A stretch of 64,000 nt of DNA from Candidatus Latescibacterota bacterium (lineage in GTDB: Bacteria; Latescibacterota; UBA2968; UBA8231), in the NCBI GenBank assembly GCA_965243025.1, contig CBDETY010000003.1:5120001-5184000 (forward strand), read 5' to 3'. This document shows positions 60,131 through 64,000 of the stretch, piece after piece (the stretch's first letter is position 1; the number at the start of each line of letters is the position of its first letter). The notes beneath the pieces were generated by a model. The model was not told where the DNA came from, made no database searches, and saw only the letters and a program-made list of their open reading frames with translations. Made by a program: the position numbers and the translations under genes.

Positions 60131-61216
60131 CTATCGCAACCACCAATGCAGCACGTTGGTCATGTGCTCCTCGTAGGCGTGAGAGGCTTGTATGAGCAAT
60201 CGTTCAGGCTCGCCTGTGTCCGGGTTTCTGACGATCAGGTTGTTGGAGTAGGCGCCTGCGCCCGCTTCGCCCATGCGCAGGTAACGGCCGGCGTCCCAAT
60301 TCACCCCATCCCGTGAGGTATAGAGGACGAAGTTGTTTCTCCCCTCACCCTTGTTGCCGCTGCGGCCATGGAGGACGAAGCCCTCCTTGAACGCCGTCAT
60401 CTGGGGGTTGCGAATCTTTTTGGCCATGAAGGCCGTTTTCACGGGGCTCCAGGTGCAACCGCCGTCGTCGCTGGTCGCGTAGTCGAGATGCTTTTCGTCA
60501 TTGATGTTGTAGACATAAGCGATCAACCGGCCGTCGGGCAGGGTTGCCATGGTCCCGTAGCCGCGTCCCTCAACGTCGAAGGGAAGGACGCTGCGGCGGG
60601 AGAAGGTGAGGCCGTTGTCCTGGCTGGCGTGAAGGGCGTAATGGTGTTCCGGCAGGTTGCCGTACCAATGGAGGGCGCTGTCGTTGCACAGCTCCAGGAC
60701 TAGGATGGAGCCGTCGTGAATGACTGCATCCCAGATGCGCGCAGGCTCATCGCCGACGGGTCCTGGCGGTTCCCAGGTGAAGCCGCAATCGGTGCTGCGC
60801 AGGCAGGTCGGAACCCCGAGTGGCTGCCATCCCTTGCCGCGGCACTCCAGGTTGAACAGGAGAATCGCTCCATGGTCGGTACGAAGCGCCTTCTCGCACA
60901 TGATCGAGTGCCCGATCCCCTGGTCGCAGGTCTGCCTCGAGTATTCAAGGACGGCCGGCTCGCTCCAGGTACGTCCGCCGTCCTCGGAGCGCTTGAGCTC
61001 CATCCAGCCGTCCCCGCTGTGGCCCTGCTGGAAATCGGAGCAGTTGGCGTAGAATGCCAGGATTCTGCCCGGCGCGTACTCGACCAGGGCATGTCCCAGG
61101 TGACCGCTGCGGCCGGCCCTGGCATGGTCGACGAACATGATCCCCCGGTTGGGCGGGTCAGGCGGCTCAACGGCAAACCAGTCCAGGCGCCGAGCCCCTC
61201 CAATCAGACCTCCCAT
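60131..61216 (-). CDS. Sialidase-like BNR/Asp-box repeat protein
   Basis: Five Asp boxes: SEDGGRTW, STDCGFTW, SQDNGLTF, SDDGGCTW and SRDGVNW; start uncertain. Confidence 0.8.
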   Translation of the reverse strand: MGGLIGGARRLDWFAVEPPDPPNRGIMFVDHARAGRSGHLGHALVEYAPGRILAFYANCSDFQQGHSGDGWMELKRSEDGGRTWSEPAVLEYSRQTCDQGIGHSIMCEKALRTDHGAILLFNLECRGKGWQPLGVPTCLRSTDCGFTWEPPGPVGDEPARIWDAVIHDGSILVLELCNDSALHWYGNLPEHHYALHASQDNGLTFSRRSVLPFDVEGRGYGTMATLPDGRLIAYVYNINDEKHLDYATSDDGGCTWSPVKTAFMAKKIRNPQMTAFKEGFVLHGRSGNKGEGRNNFVLYTSRDGVNWDAGRYLRMGEAGAGAYSNNLIVRNPDTGEPERLLIQASHAYEEHMTNVLHWWLR

Positions 61217-61314
61217 CGCCGCAGACCCGGAACGTGGCCAAAGTGTTCGTCGAAGGTAACCAGCTCGTCGCCGTGCCACAGGGCACTCAGGGCGTTGGTG
61301 TCGAGCAGGACCAT
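61204..61314 (-). pseudogene. VapC/PIN toxin reduced to 36 aa by in-frame internal deletion
   Basis: MVLLDTNALSALWHGDELVTFDEHFGHVPGLRRWEV: PIN N-terminal LDTN and C-terminal LVTFDxHF motifs directly fused; ATG overlaps the antitoxin stop (TGATG). Confidence 0.8.
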
Positions 61315-61553
61315 CACTGCCATTCCCGGGGGTCCACATCCCGCCTGGTCAGGGCGTCGAACTCGCGCTTCTCCTTCTCGCTCCAGACGCCCAGATGGTC
61401 TTCGAAATGGACCCGGTTGCTCTTCGGACTGAGTCCCAACGCCTCCCGCAGCACGCGAGTCACGGTGGGGTTCAGGCTGACTCCTTCACTCGCTGCCAAT
61501 TTCCGAACGCGACGGTCCAGAGCCTCGTCCATGTGAATGGTGAGAGATTTCAT
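61314..61553 (-). CDS. Ribbon-helix-helix antitoxin (VapB/FitA-like)
   Basis: MKSLTIHMDEALDRRVRKLAASEGVSLN...LREALGL...LGVWSE...FD. Confidence 0.8.
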   Translation of the reverse strand: MKSLTIHMDEALDRRVRKLAASEGVSLNPTVTRVLREALGLSPKSNRVHFEDHLGVWSEKEKREFDALTRRDVDPREWQ

Positions 61554-61671
61554 TGTGGGCGACTCAGAATTTAGAGTAAACAATGAATCATGATATACCT
61601 CATCCAGGTGCATGCACAGTGGCCGTTCACCTTGTGCCGAAGCCATCGGCATGAACTGCAGCTTCACCAGA

Positions 61672-63240
61672 TCACGCCGTCCCGCGGGAATTGTGCGCGT
61701 CGAACAGCGCGATGATTCGGCTCGCGTCCGGACGCCGCATGCGGCGGGCGATACTCCAGGGTGTTCTCCCGGAATCGTCTTCGCGGTGCGGGTCGGCCCC
61801 GTGGGACAGCAGCAGCTCGACGGTTTTGACCATGTCCGCCCGGGGTCCGGCCTTCAGCGCGTAAATCAGGGGAGTCTTCCCCCGTTCGCTCGGCGCGTCG
61901 ACCGGGGCATGGTTTCTCAGCAGCACTTCCATTGCACCGGTAAATCCCGCCCTGGCGGCATAGTGCAGCGCCCCGGCGCCGCGCAGCACCGTGTCGATTC
62001 GGGCGCCCCTGTCCAGCAGGGCCTGGACGTAGCCGGGATCGTCCCTCTGGCTGTTGTTTCCCGTACATGTCCTCCATACCCAGTCCCCTTCCGGGTAGTT
62101 GACGTCGGCCCCGTGCCTCATCAGGAGGGCGGAGGCCCCCGGATCGAGGACCCAGCGCCCGCACCCGATCCTCGAGGCGTCGGCCCCTCGCTCCAACAGC
62201 AGCCTGAGCAGGCGGGTCTGTCCCCGGCCGGCGGCGTACCTGACCAGTGGAGTGCTGTTGACACCCGGTTCGGCGCCCGTTTCGAAGAGCAACCTCACGG
62301 CCTCTTCGTGTCCTCCGTAAACGGCATGATGGACAGGCGTTACGGGAAGGAGATCGCAGGCGGGATCGTGTGCGTTGACCAGACCGGGTACTTCCTGGAG
62401 CAGCGTCGAAATCCGGTCCGGATCGCCGAGAAAGCAGGCGCTGAAGATGTCGTACACGGCTCCCCGGTCCCGAAGAACCCCGGCGGTTTCGAGTTTGTTC
62501 CTGCAGCGGGCGGCGCAGTACGGAGTCAGCATGAGATCGCTCGTGCGCGGCGCCGGCAGGTTGGCGTCAACTCCCCGGTCCAGCAGCATGGCCGCTACGG
62601 CGGTGCGGCCCCGCAGGGCGGCTTCAACCAGGAGGATCGCCCCATGCGACGGATCGCTCAAAACGGCTGGATCTTCGTCGAGGAATCGGTTCAGTTCTTC
62701 CAGCTGACCCCGGGCCGCCAGTCTGGCCGGCTCCCTGTATCTCTTCTCCCTGTGGCATCGCAGTTGCCGCCGGTTTTTCGGGGGGTTATCCTCGTTGACC
62801 AGGCCGTGAGCGAGGGGTCCGAGGGTCGCAAGAACCTCCTCGACGAGCCGCTCCTCCCCGAGGTTGTCGCGCAGGGAGGCGGTCATGTGCATCAGCCACC
62901 GCTCCGCGGATTCCCGGGTGATGTGGATATGTCCGTGTCTGCTTTTTATTCCCCCATAGGCATGATGAAGGGTGTAATCCCGTTCACCGCCCATCCATTC
63001 TTCCATGAAGGCTTTCTGCTTCATGCGTTCGGAAGCCAGCGTCCGGGTGAACATGGGACGCAGTTCGGCGTCATTCTCGATGCGGTCATACAGACCGTCG
63101 ATGATTCTCCCGACAACGGAGCGGCCCCCGATCCGGGCAAACAGGGTCGGATCGGGCCTCAGGTTTGGGGCGAGGCCGCCGCGGTGGGCCAGGGCAGCCC
63201 GCACGCTGGAGGACTCAGGTATACTGCAGGCGGCAGGCAC
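61672..63240 (-). CDS. Truncated globin (group II-like) fused to ankyrin repeats
   Basis: LFARIGG...LYDRI...LRPMF...WMGG...SRHGHIHIT...WL; then TPVHHA, TPLVRYA, ALHYAA and TPLIYA repeats; start uncertain. Confidence 0.8.
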   Translation of the reverse strand: MPAACSIPESSSVRAALAHRGGLAPNLRPDPTLFARIGGRSVVGRIIDGLYDRIENDAELRPMFTRTLASERMKQKAFMEEWMGGERDYTLHHAYGGIKSRHGHIHITRESAERWLMHMTASLRDNLGEERLVEEVLATLGPLAHGLVNEDNPPKNRRQLRCHREKRYREPARLAARGQLEELNRFLDEDPAVLSDPSHGAILLVEAALRGRTAVAAMLLDRGVDANLPAPRTSDLMLTPYCAARCRNKLETAGVLRDRGAVYDIFSACFLGDPDRISTLLQEVPGLVNAHDPACDLLPVTPVHHAVYGGHEEAVRLLFETGAEPGVNSTPLVRYAAGRGQTRLLRLLLERGADASRIGCGRWVLDPGASALLMRHGADVNYPEGDWVWRTCTGNNSQRDDPGYVQALLDRGARIDTVLRGAGALHYAARAGFTGAMEVLLRNHAPVDAPSERGKTPLIYALKAGPRADMVKTVELLLSHGADPHREDDSGRTPWSIARRMRRPDASRIIALFDAHNSRGTA

Positions 63241-63449
63241 GACGACAATCTGAAGGTTGGGTCAATTTTGTCTGTTTCCCCGTCTGCACACCTGAGCGGG
63301 GAGACGGCTTGGGGTCGGGAGCAAATTAAATTGCAGGTTTCCTGCTTTCAAGGGATTTCGATATCCTCAGCCTGTTTCATTTCTATAGAAAGCTATAAAA
63401 TTGAAAGTTTACCCCGGGTATGTATCTGTAACAGGGATTGAGAATACAA

Positions 63450-64000
63450 ATGGCGGAATACGAGTGGCGTCAGGTAACGGAGACAGCAGCGTTCGCGGCC
63501 CGGGACGGGGCCGGGGCGCTGGTGTTCAGGGACCGAATGTGGCTGCTGGGCGGATGGAACCCGGGAGATAAAGTCAACTTCCCGGTGATCTGCAACAGCG
63601 AGGTCTGGTCCTCCGCGGAGGGCGCCGCATGGACGCTCGAGAATCCCCGGGCGCCCTGGGAGGGCAGGCATACCGCAGGGTACGCGGTGCATGGCGGCAG
63701 GATGTGGATCGTGGGAGGAGACTGCAACCAGGGCCATTACCAGAACGATGTCTGGAGCAGCGCCGACGGCATTCGTTGGGAGCTGGCGAACGATTGCGTG
63801 CCGTGGGGTCCCCGGGTGCTCCATCATACCCTTGCATTCGGCGACAGAATCTGGGTGATGGGCGGGCAGACGATTCCCAACTTTGCAGACGCTGAGGAGG
63901 TCTTCTACAACGACGTGTGGAGTTCGGAAGACGGGATCGGCTGGACCCGCGTTGCCGCGAGCGCTCCCTGGCCCCCCCGGGGGATGATCGGGGGAGCCGT
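63450..64000 (+). CDS. Kelch-like beta-propeller repeat protein (3' truncated by window edge)
   Basis: Read directly: MAEYEWRQ...RMWLLGG...EVWSS..G..W repeated with RMWIVGG...NDVWSSADG and RIWVMGG...NDVWSSEDG. Confidence 0.8.
   Translation, partial: MAEYEWRQVTETAAFAARDGAGALVFRDRMWLLGGWNPGDKVNFPVICNSEVWSSAEGAAWTLENPRAPWEGRHTAGYAVHGGRMWIVGGDCNQGHYQNDVWSSADGIRWELANDCVPWGPRVLHHTLAFGDRIWVMGGQTIPNFADAEEVFYNDVWSSEDGIGWTRVAASAPWPPRGMIGGA

Overview
GC-rich bacterial chromosomal window. DUF6785-like membrane proteins, a FlgD-Ig C-terminal protein, PhyH, CocE and proteins ending in WGxIKA suggest a Latescibacterota/Poribacteria-like lineage (inference only). The housekeeping and metabolic backbone is gltA, hpf, pntAA/AB/B, an Lrp regulator divergent from gltBD, a GldA/F/G+DUF4340 ABC operon, prs, DAHP synthase, a nuclease-DinG helicase and mtnP. 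No rRNA, tRNA, CRISPR array, transposase or integrase is recognisable. Four things stand out. (1) Seven lower-GC paralogues of a secreted, acidic, CBM9/DOMON-like protein sit at three loci. They have a conserved framework with variable loops, mosaic similarity between copies, a shared C-terminal (S/T)WGxIKASL tail and two covarying His residues; two copies are frameshifted. (2) Three genes are reduced to fused N- and C-termini by internal deletion, including the toxins of both toxin-antitoxin pairs. (3) A ~175-bp tandem duplication between gltB and gltD creates a 58-codon upstream ORF that repeats the GltD N-terminus with only synonymous changes. (4) There is a palindromic MITE-like family with a nested insertion, plus globin-ankyrin and CMD-Rieske fusions.
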